Assembly: GCA_964587725.1 (NCBI GenBank)
Contig: CAZPLO010000027.1
Coordinates: forward strand, 1 to 15,867
DNA from: an uncultured archaeon
Lineage (GTDB): Archaea > Altiarchaeota > Altiarchaeia > IMC4 > SCGC-AAA252-I15
Reading direction: 5' to 3'
DNA length: 15,867 nucleotides
In this document: piece after piece, positions 8,002 through 15,499 of the stretch
How positions within the stretch are numbered: the stretch's first letter is position 1
How the letters are laid out: the number at the start of each line of letters is the position of its first letter
Notes under the pieces: model-generated
The model's database searches: none
Told to the model about the DNA's origin: nothing
The model's input: only the letters and a program-made list of their open reading frames with translations
Position numbers and translations under genes: made by a program

Positions 8002-8610
8002 ATGGCTGAGATAAAGTTGTTCGGGCGGTGGAGCTACGACGACATAGAGATACGGGAGAAGGGACTGGAGAGGTACATCAGCCTCACCCCCGTCTACATA
8101 CCCCACAGTTCCGGCAGGATGGTGGGGAAACAGTTCAGCAAGAGCAGGATGAACATCGTCGAACGCCTGGTTAACAAGATGATGCGTTCCGGCCAGGGCA
8201 CCAAGAAGGTGGCCGGCAAATACATCCGCGGCGGCGGCAACACCGGCAAAAAAATGAACGCGTTGAACATCGTGGAGAAGGCGTTCGAGATAGTCGAGAA
8301 AAGGGCTAAGAAGAACCCGCTGCAGGTGTTCATCAACGCCATAGAGAACGCAGGCCCCAGGGAGGAGACAACCACCATAATATACGGCGGAATACGCTAC
8401 CATCAGGCAGTGGACGTTTCCACGCAGCGGCGGGTCGACTTCGCATTGAAGTATCTGACGCTGGGGGCGTTCGCCACCGCGTTCAAGAACAAGAAGCCCA
8501 TCGAAGACTGTCTCGCCGACGAGATACTGTGGGCTTCGAACTCCGACAGCAAGTCGTACGCTATACAACGTAAGGAGGAGACTGAGCGGATAGCCCAGTC
8601 GGCTAGGTAA
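8002..8610 (+). CDS. rps7: 30S ribosomal protein uS7
   Basis: [59 protein letters not shown]. Confidence 0.98.
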   Translation: MAEIKLFGRWSYDDIEIREKGLERYISLTPVYIPHSSGRMVGKQFSKSRMNIVERLVNKMMRSGQGTKKVAGKYIRGGGNTGKKMNALNIVEKAFEIVEKRAKKNPLQVFINAIENAGPREETTTIIYGGIRYHQAVDVSTQRRVDFALKYLTLGAFATAFKNKKPIEDCLADEILWASNSDSKSYAIQRKEETERIAQSAR

Positions 8611-8612
8611 AA

Positions 8613-10802
8613 ATGGGTAGGCAGGAGCAGGTTGCGCAGAAGGTCATGAAGCTGGTCAGGATGCCGGAGAGGATTAGGAACATGGGCGTGGTCGCCCACA
8701 TAGACCACGGGAAAACCACGTTAAGCGACAGCCTCCTCGCCGCAGCGGGACTGATTTCCATGGACACAGCCGGCAAGCAGCTGGCGTTGGACTTCCACGA
8801 GGACGAGCAACAGCGCGGCATAACAATCAACGCAGCCAACGTCTCCATGAGCCACGATTTCGAAGGCGAAGAATACCTGATAAACATGATAGACACACCA
8901 GGCCACGTCGACTTCGGAGGCGACGTCACACGCGCCATGCGCGCAGTCGACGGAGTAATCGTCGTCGTATGCGCCGTGGAGGGAGTGATGCCGCAGACTA
9001 AGACGGTCATCAATCAGGCGCTGAAGGAGCGGTGCCGGCCGGTTGTATTCATCAACAAGGTGGACCGCCTCATCAACGAATTGAAGCTGACGCCGGAGGA
9101 GCTGCAGAACCGGTTCCTGAAGATAATCAGCGACGTCAACAAGATCATAGCGATGAAGCAGCCGGAGGGCATGGACTGGCGCGTCGACGTCAACAAGGGC
9201 TCTGTAGCGTTCGGAAGCGGCTACCACCGTTGGGCCATTAACGTCCCGTACATGAAGAAGAGCGGGATAAGTTTCGCGGACATCATAAAACACTGCAGCG
9301 AAGACAACCAGAAATACCTGTCAGACAACGCCCCGGCCCACGAGATAGTGTTGAACATGTCCATACGCCATCTCCCGCACCCCGACGAAGCCCAGAAAAC
9401 GCGTATACCGCAGATTTGGAAGGGCGATTTGGAGAGCGAAATCGGGAAGAGCATGGTGGAGTGCAACCCCGACGGCCCGGTCGCAATCATGATAACCAAC
9501 ATCCAGACCTTCGACAAACGCGAGGGTGAGGTCGCCACCGGCAGGATATTCTCAGGAACAGTGAAGGAAGGCGACGAACTCTACCTGGTTAACTCTAAGG
9601 TCACCAACCGCGTCACACACGTCGGCCTCTACATGGGCGCGCAGCGCAAAAACGTCGACGGCGTGCCGGCGGGCAACATCGTCGCGTTGACTGGCCTGAA
9701 AAACGCATTCACCGGCGAAACACTGGGGGTTGAGGGGATGGAGCCGTTCGAGGCCATCCAACACCACAGTGAACCCGTCGTAACCGTAGCGGTGGAGGCG
9801 AAGCACATGCGCGACCTCCCGCGGGTCATCGAAGTACTGAGGCAGACCGCCAAGGAAGACCCGACGCTGCAGGCTAAAATCGACGAGGAAACCGGCGAAC
9901 ACCTGCTGTCCGGGATGGGCGAGCTTCACTTGGAAGTCATAACCAACCGTATACGGGAGAGCGGGCTCGACATCGTCGTGTCACAGCCGATTGTCGTATA
10001 CCGTGAGACCGTAGCCGACAGATTCGGCCCCATCGAAGGCAAGTCCCCGAACAAACACAACAAATTCCAGATACGGGTGGAGCCTCTGGAGGAGGGAGTC
10101 TACCAGGCCATCCGCGAAGGAGAAATAGCTGAGGGGAGGAGGAAGGGCCGGAGCAAGGACATCTGGCAGGACCTCGCTGAACTCGGCATGGAAAAAGAGG
10201 AGGCCCGGAGGATAATAGACGTGTACCACGGCAACGTCATGCTAGACATGACCCGCGGCGTACAGCATTTGGACGAGGTGATGGAGTTGATGCTGGACGG
10301 CTTCGAACAGGTCATGGACTCGGGGCCGTTGGCTAGCGAGCCGATGGTGAAGGTCAAGGTCGTGTTGGAGGACGCTAGCCTTCACGAGGACGCGATACAC
10401 CGGGGCCCGGCGCAGATTTACCCGGCGGTTAAGAACCCCATGTACGCCTGCATACTCAAGAGCAAACCCAGCATACTGGAGCCGGTGCAGAACGTGTGGG
10501 TGGACGTCCCGCAGGACTACATGGGCTCCGTGACCCGTGAACTCCAGAGGAGGCGGGGAATCGTAGGGGACATGACGCAGAAGGACGAATTGATGACCAT
10601 CGAGGCCGTTTTGCCCGTCGCCGAATCCTTCGGGTTCGCGGGCGACATACGGAGCGCCAGCGAAGGGCACGCGCTGTGGAGCACGGAGAACGCCGGCTTC
10701 AGCAGGCTTCCCACGGAACTGCAGTCGAAGGTTGTGTCTCAGGTGAGGGAGCGTAAGGGGTTGAAGAAGGAGCTTCCGAAGGCCCAGGACTACGCAGACT
10801 AA
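8613..10802 (+). CDS. fusA: Elongation factor 2 (aEF-2)
   Basis: [19 protein letters not shown] and NKVD GTPase motifs; diphthamide loop [11 protein letters not shown]. Confidence 0.99.
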   Translation: MGRQEQVAQKVMKLVRMPERIRNMGVVAHIDHGKTTLSDSLLAAAGLISMDTAGKQLALDFHEDEQQRGITINAANVSMSHDFEGEEYLINMIDTPGHVDFGGDVTRAMRAVDGVIVVVCAVEGVMPQTKTVINQALKERCRPVVFINKVDRLINELKLTPEELQNRFLKIISDVNKIIAMKQPEGMDWRVDVNKGSVAFGSGYHRWAINVPYMKKSGISFADIIKHCSEDNQKYLSDNAPAHEIVLNMSIRHLPHPDEAQKTRIPQIWKGDLESEIGKSMVECNPDGPVAIMITNIQTFDKREGEVATGRIFSGTVKEGDELYLVNSKVTNRVTHVGLYMGAQRKNVDGVPAGNIVALTGLKNAFTGETLGVEGMEPFEAIQHHSEPVVTVAVEAKHMRDLPRVIEVLRQTAKEDPTLQAKIDEETGEHLLSGMGELHLEVITNRIRESGLDIVVSQPIVVYRETVADRFGPIEGKSPNKHNKFQIRVEPLEEGVYQAIREGEIAEGRRKGRSKDIWQDLAELGMEKEEARRIIDVYHGNVMLDMTRGVQHLDEVMELMLDGFEQVMDSGPLASEPMVKVKVVLEDASLHEDAIHRGPAQIYPAVKNPMYACILKSKPSILEPVQNVWVDVPQDYMGSVTRELQRRRGIVGDMTQKDELMTIEAVLPVAESFGFAGDIRSASEGHALWSTENAGFSRLPTELQSKVVSQVRERKGLKKELPKAQDYAD

Positions 10803-10818
10803 ATCATTTATTTAAAAG
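10801..10818 (+). promoter_or_regulatory. Putative internal promoter for tuf (TTTATTTA/TTTAAAAG)
   Basis: AT-rich TATA-like island right after the EF-2 stop, about 50-60 nt upstream of the tuf ATG, which has a GGAGGA SD. Confidence 0.4.
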
Positions 10819-10867
10819 AAGACCGCAATAACTAAGGCTCAAACAAACAAGGAGGATAGGAACAAAG

Positions 10868-12139
10868 ATGGCTGATAAACCACACATGAACCTCGTGTTC
10901 ATAGGACACGTGGACCATGGTAAGTCCACGCTCGTGGGCAGACTGCTCTACGAGCTTGGGGAAGTAAGCGAGCAGCAGATGAAAAACCTCAAGGCAGAGG
11001 CTGAGAAGGCGGGCAAGGGCACGTTCGAGTTCGCCTGGGTAATGGACTCCCTCAAAGAGGAGAGAGAGAGGGGTGTGACGATAGACATCGCGCACAAGAA
11101 ATTCCAGACCCAGAAGAACTACTTCACCATAATCGACGCCCCAGGCCACCGCGACTTCGTCAAAAACATGATTACTGGCGCATCCCAGGCGGACGCGGCC
11201 GTATTGGTTGTTGACGTGAAGGACAGCGTGCAACCGCAGACTAAGGAGCACGCGTTCCTCGCCAAAACATTGGGCATCAACCAGTTGATTGTGGCCATCA
11301 ACAAGATGGACGCCATCAACTACGACGAAGCCAAGTACAAGGCCACCTTAGAGGATGTTAAGAAGCTGCTGTCGAGCATAGGATACAAGGTCGACCAGCT
11401 GCCGTTCATACCGACGTCGGCGTACATGGGCGACAACATCAAGGAGAAGAGCGCTAACACACCCTACTTCAAGGGGGACCCGTTCCTGACGGAACTGGAC
11501 AAACTACAGGCCCCCGAGAAACCGGTGGACAAGCCCCTTAGGCTGCCTGTGCAGGACGTCTACACCATCACCGGAGTCGGCACGGTCCCCGTGGGCCGGG
11601 TTGAGACGGGTGTGATGAAGCCGGGCGACAAAATCATCTTCATGCCCGCCAACGTCACAGGCGAGGTGAAGACGGTTGAGATGCACCACGAGCAGCTGCC
11701 GAAGGCTGAGCCGGGCGACAACGTGGGGTTCAACGTCCGCGGAGTCGGTAAAAACGACGTGAAACGCGGAGACGTTGTGGGGCCGGTGGACAACCCGCCG
11801 ACCGTGGCGGAGGAGTTCACGGCACAGATTGTCGTGCTGCAGCACCCCAGCGCCATAACCGTGGGCTACACGCCCGTGTTCCACATACACACGTCGCAGG
11901 TGGCCTGCACCTTCACGGAACTGGTTAAGAAAATCGACCCGAAGACAGGTGCGGTGAAGGAGGAGAACCCGGAGTTCCTGAAGTCGGGGGACGTCGCAGT
12001 CGTGAAAATCAAGCCTACTAGGCCGATTGTAATGGAGCCTGCGAAGGAGTTCCCGCAGCTGGGGCGGTTCGCCATCCGAGACATGGGTCAGACGGTGGCC
12101 GCGGGCATGGCTGTTGAGGTGAAGAAGAAGGAGATGTAA
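10868..12139 (+). CDS. tuf: Elongation factor 1-alpha (aEF-1A)
   Basis: [58 protein letters not shown]. Confidence 0.99.
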   Translation: MADKPHMNLVFIGHVDHGKSTLVGRLLYELGEVSEQQMKNLKAEAEKAGKGTFEFAWVMDSLKEERERGVTIDIAHKKFQTQKNYFTIIDAPGHRDFVKNMITGASQADAAVLVVDVKDSVQPQTKEHAFLAKTLGINQLIVAINKMDAINYDEAKYKATLEDVKKLLSSIGYKVDQLPFIPTSAYMGDNIKEKSANTPYFKGDPFLTELDKLQAPEKPVDKPLRLPVQDVYTITGVGTVPVGRVETGVMKPGDKIIFMPANVTGEVKTVEMHHEQLPKAEPGDNVGFNVRGVGKNDVKRGDVVGPVDNPPTVAEEFTAQIVVLQHPSAITVGYTPVFHIHTSQVACTFTELVKKIDPKTGAVKEENPEFLKSGDVAVVKIKPTRPIVMEPAKEFPQLGRFAIRDMGQTVAAGMAVEVKKKEM

Positions 12140-12175
12140 GTCTCCTTCCCACCACCAATTTCAGGGGAAAACGCG

Positions 12176-12484
12176 ATGGAGAAGGCACGCATAATCTTGA
12201 TAGGCAAGGACGTGGGCAGCTTGGACGACGTCTGCACCCAAATCGTGGACGTCACCAAGAAAACTGGCACGAAATACAGCGGCCCCATCCCACTGCCCAC
12301 CAAGAGGATGAAGGTAACCACCCGCAAGAGCCCGGACGGCGAAGGCACGGAGACGTGGGAGCGCTGGAACATGCGCATCCACAAACGCATCATAGACGTC
12401 GACGCCAACGAACGAAGCCTCCGGCAGATAATGCGGATACAGGTGCCCGACGGCGTGCACATCGAAATCGAACTAACAAAATAA
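12176..12484 (+). CDS. rps10: 30S ribosomal protein uS10
   Basis: GPIPLPTKR, TTRKSPDGEG.ETWERW.MRIHKRII; follows tuf as in archaeal str clusters. Confidence 0.98.
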   Translation: MEKARIILIGKDVGSLDDVCTQIVDVTKKTGTKYSGPIPLPTKRMKVTTRKSPDGEGTETWERWNMRIHKRIIDVDANERSLRQIMRIQVPDGVHIEIELTK

Positions 12485-12487
12485 AAC

Positions 12488-12520
12488 GGGGAGTCCACCT
12501 CCTATCCTCCCGGACCCCCC
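12488..12520 (+). terminator. Possible stem-loop at the operon end (GGGGAGTCC...GGACCCCCC)
   Basis: 8/9-bp inverted repeat directly after the uS10 stop, followed by a pyrimidine-rich tract. Confidence 0.3.
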
Positions 12521-12526
12521 CACCCC

Positions 12527-12542
12527 CAACCTTTCTTAAAAA
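12527..12542 (+). promoter_or_regulatory. Putative promoter of the tRNA-like/tRNA-Glu pair (TATA-like CTTAAAAA, 12535-12542)
   Basis: TATA-like octamer about 32 nt upstream of the first tRNA-like 5' end; no TATA-like motif in the 17-nt spacer between the copies. Confidence 0.5.
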
Positions 12543-12573
12543 CTAAAAAACCCTAAGAACAACACTACAATAC

Positions 12574-12677
12574 GCTCCCGTAGTGTAGCCCGGCCTATAC
12601 AATCCGGCAACCTTTTCTTAGAAAGAAAAGGTTGATCAAAAGAAGGCCGAGCCCCTGCTTCAGTGCAGGAGGGAGCA
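12574..12677 (+). pseudogene. tRNA-Glu-derived tRNA-like element without an anticodon (pseudo-tRNA or tRNA-like ncRNA)
   Basis: First 25 nt identical to tRNA-Glu; GCTCCC/GGGAGC-A acceptor stem; CCTGC-TTCAGT-GCAGG T-arm-like hairpin; anticodon region replaced by a palindrome. Confidence 0.7.
12608..12642. repeat. Perfect 12-bp hairpin CAACCTTTTCTT-AGA-AAGAAAAGGTTG with ATCAAAAG tail
   Basis: Arms at 12608-12619 and 12623-12634; overlapping TTGATCAA palindrome at 12632-12639. Confidence 0.85.
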
Positions 12678-12694
12678 AAAACAAACTACGGAAC

Positions 12695-12807
12695 GCTCCC
12701 GTAGTGTAGCCCGGCCTATCATTCCGGACTTTCGCGGCAGTGAAAGGCCCAAACACAGAAAATGTCGGAGAAATCCGGTGACTCGGGTTCGAATCCCGAC
12801 GGGAGCA
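12695..12807 (+). tRNA. trnE: tRNA-Glu(TTC) with a 38-nt canonical 37/38 intron (12735-12772)
   Basis: Acceptor GCTCCCG/CGGGAGC, discriminator A; anticodon stem CCGGA/TCCGG with CT-TTC-G; T arm TCGGG-TTCGAAT-CCCGA; BHB motif with central helix CUUU/GGAG, bulges CG|C and AA|A, outer helix GGCA/UGUC; CCA not directly encoded (A-TCCA). Confidence 0.95.
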
Positions 12808-12828
12808 TCCAACTAAAGGTTCGGTTTT

Positions 12829-12850
12829 AGGGGCAAACTAACGCCCCTTT
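12829..12850 (+). terminator. Short hairpin AGGGGC-N8-GCCCCT followed by TT, downstream of the tRNA
   Basis: 6-bp inverted repeat about 20 nt after the tRNA 3' end with a short T run. Confidence 0.3.
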
Positions 12851-12907
12851 ATCCCGGTCACTTGTTGAAAACCGTTCGTATTCTTTTAGCTAGTAGCATA
12901 ATATGTG

Positions 12908-13717
12908 ATGATGGACTACCCTGAGCTTGTGACCTCGTATCTGAATTTTTGTCGCATACGTAGAGAGTCAAGAGAGAAAAAACAGATAAACTTGACTTCT
13001 GAGCAATGGTTCTATCCTACTACACTGCTGCCCCTAGGTGATTTCATACAATCCGAAAGAAAAAGTCTAGCATATATCCCACCAGTCAACGATGACATCT
13101 CAAACTACGTCAATCTAATGGTATATCCCCCGTTGGGTGAATTGAAGAAAGGAAAATCATACGTCTCCCTTGTCAGACTGCCCCTTAGAGACACAAAAAA
13201 GGGTGAAAATGCCCTGCATGGATTATACCCCCGCAATGGCGACTGGAAAAGTTATGGCGGACAATCAACATACTTGGAAATAGTCAACGAATTAGTGGAC
13301 AACATCTACGAACACTCAAACTTCAGCAATGGAATGGTAATGGCACAAAGATATGACAAGAAAGGCTTCATAGAAGCATGCGTCTTTGACAATGGACGAA
13401 CCATAGCAGGAAGTTTCAAAGAAGCTCTGGACATAGACTATCCTGGCCTTGAAGCGATTAAAAGAGCCCTTAATGGCGATTCTACTAAAAGTGGTAAAGA
13501 ACGTGGGACTGGCCTTCAAAACACGACCAAACTCGTGCTAGAAGGCATGAAAGGCCAGATAATGATTGTATCCGGAAATGGGTTATTGTTCAGTAACTTT
13601 TCCAGTGCACCTCAAGGTTATAACCTAAAAGCGGATAATAGTTTATCAGGGACGCTTGTTTCTATTCGTTTCCCGATTCAACGCCAGGAGGTGAGGTGGT
13701 ATGAGATTATCAAGTGA
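12908..13717 (+). CDS. GHKL/HATPase_c ATP-binding protein (RsbW/SpoIIAB-like kinase fold) with a possible degenerate N-terminal STAS-like region
   Basis: N-box VNELVDNIYEHS, G1 VFDNGRTI, G2 ERGTGL, G3 GTLV; no H-box or transmembrane segment seen; start among GTG 12905, ATG 12908 and ATG 12911. Confidence 0.8.
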   Translation: MMDYPELVTSYLNFCRIRRESREKKQINLTSEQWFYPTTLLPLGDFIQSERKSLAYIPPVNDDISNYVNLMVYPPLGELKKGKSYVSLVRLPLRDTKKGENALHGLYPRNGDWKSYGGQSTYLEIVNELVDNIYEHSNFSNGMVMAQRYDKKGFIEACVFDNGRTIAGSFKEALDIDYPGLEAIKRALNGDSTKSGKERGTGLQNTTKLVLEGMKGQIMIVSGNGLLFSNFSSAPQGYNLKADNSLSGTLVSIRFPIQRQEVRWYEIIK

Positions 13718-14024
13718 CAGCTCAAAGGTGGATTTAGCAGCAGCCTTCTCAGACAATCTAGCTTTACGGCAAAATGCAGACAAACTTTTTGATGAAATGA
13801 TATGTTCCTCAAAGAGTGAGAAGGTAGTATTGGACTTCAATAGGGTCGAGACTATGAGCCGGTCTTTCGCCCACCAGTACCTGCAACGGAAGAACAAATG
13901 CCCAAAAGAGATAGTGGAACAGGGACTATCCACTGACATTACCAAAATGCTGGAGATAGCAAAATCCCCAAAGATACGGCAACACCCTATAGACTTCAGT
14001 AGGATGAATGTCGTAACTCTCTAA
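13701..14024 (+). CDS. STAS-like domain protein (DUF4325-like)
   Basis: KVVLDFNRVETMSRSFAHQY resembles the STAS signature with Ser at the phospho-acceptor loop; strong SD GGAGGTGA at 13687-13694; overlaps the upstream gene by 17 nt. Confidence 0.75.
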   Translation: MRLSSDSSKVDLAAAFSDNLALRQNADKLFDEMICSSKSEKVVLDFNRVETMSRSFAHQYLQRKNKCPKEIVEQGLSTDITKMLEIAKSPKIRQHPIDFSRMNVVTL

Positions 14025-15208
14025 TGTACTATCCCTTGAGGTTCCTTGAATTTGCTTTCCAACCAGCCCCTGAATTCCTGGTTTCTATACAGTTCCACGA
14101 AGAATTTCCTAGCCTCCTGTTCCTCCCGCTCGACAGCTCCGAGGGCTTCAGGTATTAATGGTGTTGCGCATCGGTTGCAGAACCAGCCGTCCGGAGGGTT
14201 GACTTTGTTGCATTTGCTGCATTTCCTGGGTTCCCTGGCCTCCATCGGCTCCGGGGGTTTGATGCCATTCATCCCCAATATGACGTCGTCTACGTCCCCT
14301 CCGCTCAAGTGAACGTAGGTTGCCGCCATGTCCGATCCCATAATCCACCCGAAGAACGCGCATAGTTGGCTTTCAGTCATCACTTTGGCGAGCTCCGTCG
14401 CCCGGCTATGCCGGAAGTTGTGGGGGTAGCATTTGTTTACTGGTATTCCTACTTGTTTGGCTTTTTTCTTTATCATCAATCTTATTGCATCGTATCGTAT
14501 GGGTTTCTTGTATTGGAAGTCAATCCATAGAGGGGAGTCAATGTCATCGCCGTAGGGGTGGTTTCTGATCCAGACCCTCAAGTACGGTTCCGGCTCTAGT
14601 ACGAGTATGCTTCTGGCTCCGGTCTTTCCTTTTCGTACGTGGACCCGGACCCCGTTTTCCTCGAATACTATGTCTTTTATCCGAAGTGCCCCCAGTTCTC
14701 CAACCCTTAACCCACTATAATAGAGTAGGGATATTATGGCCCGGTCTCGGTCAAATTTGCATGCCCTAATCAGTTGGGTAACTTCCGTTATTGTCAGGAG
14801 CTGTTCAGGCAGTTTTTTGTCTCTTCTTTTGACCGAGCATTTGATGAAATCTACTTTTTCCGGGGGTTTACCCCCGTTCATTACCTTATAGAACTTCTTT
14901 ATCCCAACTTTCAAATCCTTCTTGGTTTCTGCTGCGGAGTCGCAGAAGTTTATCGCCGTCACTAGTTCCCTGAGGTCTTTTTCGGTGGCTTCCAGGAAGT
15001 CGAATTTGTAGTCTGTTAACCGCATTATTTTGCCGTATATGGCGTAGTATTTGCGGATGCGCATTTCCCCGATGTTTTCCGAGGCTAACAGGTTCACGAA
15101 CTCGTTTATGGCGTCCTTGTTTTTCTGGCTTATTCTTGGGTTTTGGTTGAACCGGTTCTTCTCATATCCTAAGCCGTATTTGCCACGATACAATGAATTA
15201 TCGTCCAT
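14021..15208 (-). CDS. Tyrosine recombinase/integrase with C-terminal zinc ribbon (395 aa)
   Basis: Catalytic set SGLRVGE (R), GKTG (K), HNFRHS (HxxR), FFGW (W for second H), ATYVHL (Y); CSKC...CNRC; start reassigned to ATG 15208 (MDDNSLY) after GGGTGGGGGAAG. Confidence 0.93.
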   Translation of the reverse strand: MDDNSLYRGKYGLGYEKNRFNQNPRISQKNKDAINEFVNLLASENIGEMRIRKYYAIYGKIMRLTDYKFDFLEATEKDLRELVTAINFCDSAAETKKDLKVGIKKFYKVMNGGKPPEKVDFIKCSVKRRDKKLPEQLLTITEVTQLIRACKFDRDRAIISLLYYSGLRVGELGALRIKDIVFEENGVRVHVRKGKTGARSILVLEPEPYLRVWIRNHPYGDDIDSPLWIDFQYKKPIRYDAIRLMIKKKAKQVGIPVNKCYPHNFRHSRATELAKVMTESQLCAFFGWIMGSDMAATYVHLSGGDVDDVILGMNGIKPPEPMEAREPRKCSKCNKVNPPDGWFCNRCATPLIPEALGAVEREEQEARKFFVELYRNQEFRGWLESKFKEPQGIVH

Positions 15209-15329
15209 CTTCCCCCACCCTACTACAGGCCTCCTCCCACGATAGCCCATAACCATTGATAAGCCGCCTAAACAGCAATATGTGCTCTGGCAAGGCCTTC
15301 TCCAACATAACCTCAAATTGCTCTTCCAT
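15198..15329 (-). CDS. Small hypothetical protein (43 aa) overlapping the integrase start
   Basis: MEEQFEVMLEKALPEHILLFRRLINGYGLSWEEACSRVGEDGR*; helical-looking, 11-nt overlap with the integrase start; no family recognised. Confidence 0.35.
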   Translation of the reverse strand: MEEQFEVMLEKALPEHILLFRRLINGYGLSWEEACSRVGEDGR

Positions 15330-15415
15330 CCTATGCCACATGTATAGGAAGAGAATCGACTTGTCCCTACTGCAAAAAGCCCAAAAATCCACGTACACAC
15401 GTGAGGCACACACCT

Positions 15416-15423
15416 ATAAAAAC
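15416..15423. promoter_or_regulatory. TATA-like box (TATAAAAA on +, TTTTTATA on -) between the divergent integrase and VirB4-like genes
   Basis: Clearest TATA-like octamer in the divergent intergenic region; readable on both strands. Confidence 0.3.
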
Positions 15424-15499
15424 GTTGACTACCCCAGGATGCCCTATACTCTCCAGATATCGTTATCGACAAGTGGATTCCCGTCAAGATATACTGTTG

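Larger units (their letters stand above)
12572..12719 (+). repeat. 27-bp perfect direct repeat ACGCTCCCGTAGTGTAGCCCGGCCTAT (12572-12598 and 12693-12719)
   Basis: Read directly; 121-bp period; corresponds to the tRNA-Glu 5' end. Confidence 0.95.

Noticed and set aside
10384-10416. Possible loss of the diphthamide site in EF-2
   Set aside because: The [11 protein letters not shown] motif is canonical, so this EF-2 is ordinary
12496-12503. CACCTCCT, identical to the 16S anti-SD tail
   Set aside because: Only 8 nt in a C-rich tract, with no other rRNA-like sequence; likely chance
326-12546. Many long antisense and alternate-frame ORFs over the operon (e.g. 326-1066, 2676-3485, 4656-5462, 5317-6372, 8721-9293)
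   Set aside because: Shadow ORFs expected from GC-rich codon bias opposite well-conserved genes; no recognisable motifs
12574-12677. Upstream copy as a normal intron-containing or split tRNA
   Set aside because: No BHB motif can be formed at 37/38, no U33-anticodon loop is recoverable, and the T arm is non-canonical (6-nt loop, C-G closing pair)
12572-12719. 27-bp repeat pair as a mini CRISPR array
   Set aside because: Only two copies, the repeat is a tRNA 5' end, the 94-bp spacer is too long, and no cas genes are present
15209-15487. 93-aa N-terminal extension of the integrase in the ORF track
   Set aside because: Composition looks non-coding (Cys/Trp-rich), it spans the divergent intergenic region, and ATG 15208 has a purine-rich SD-like sequence
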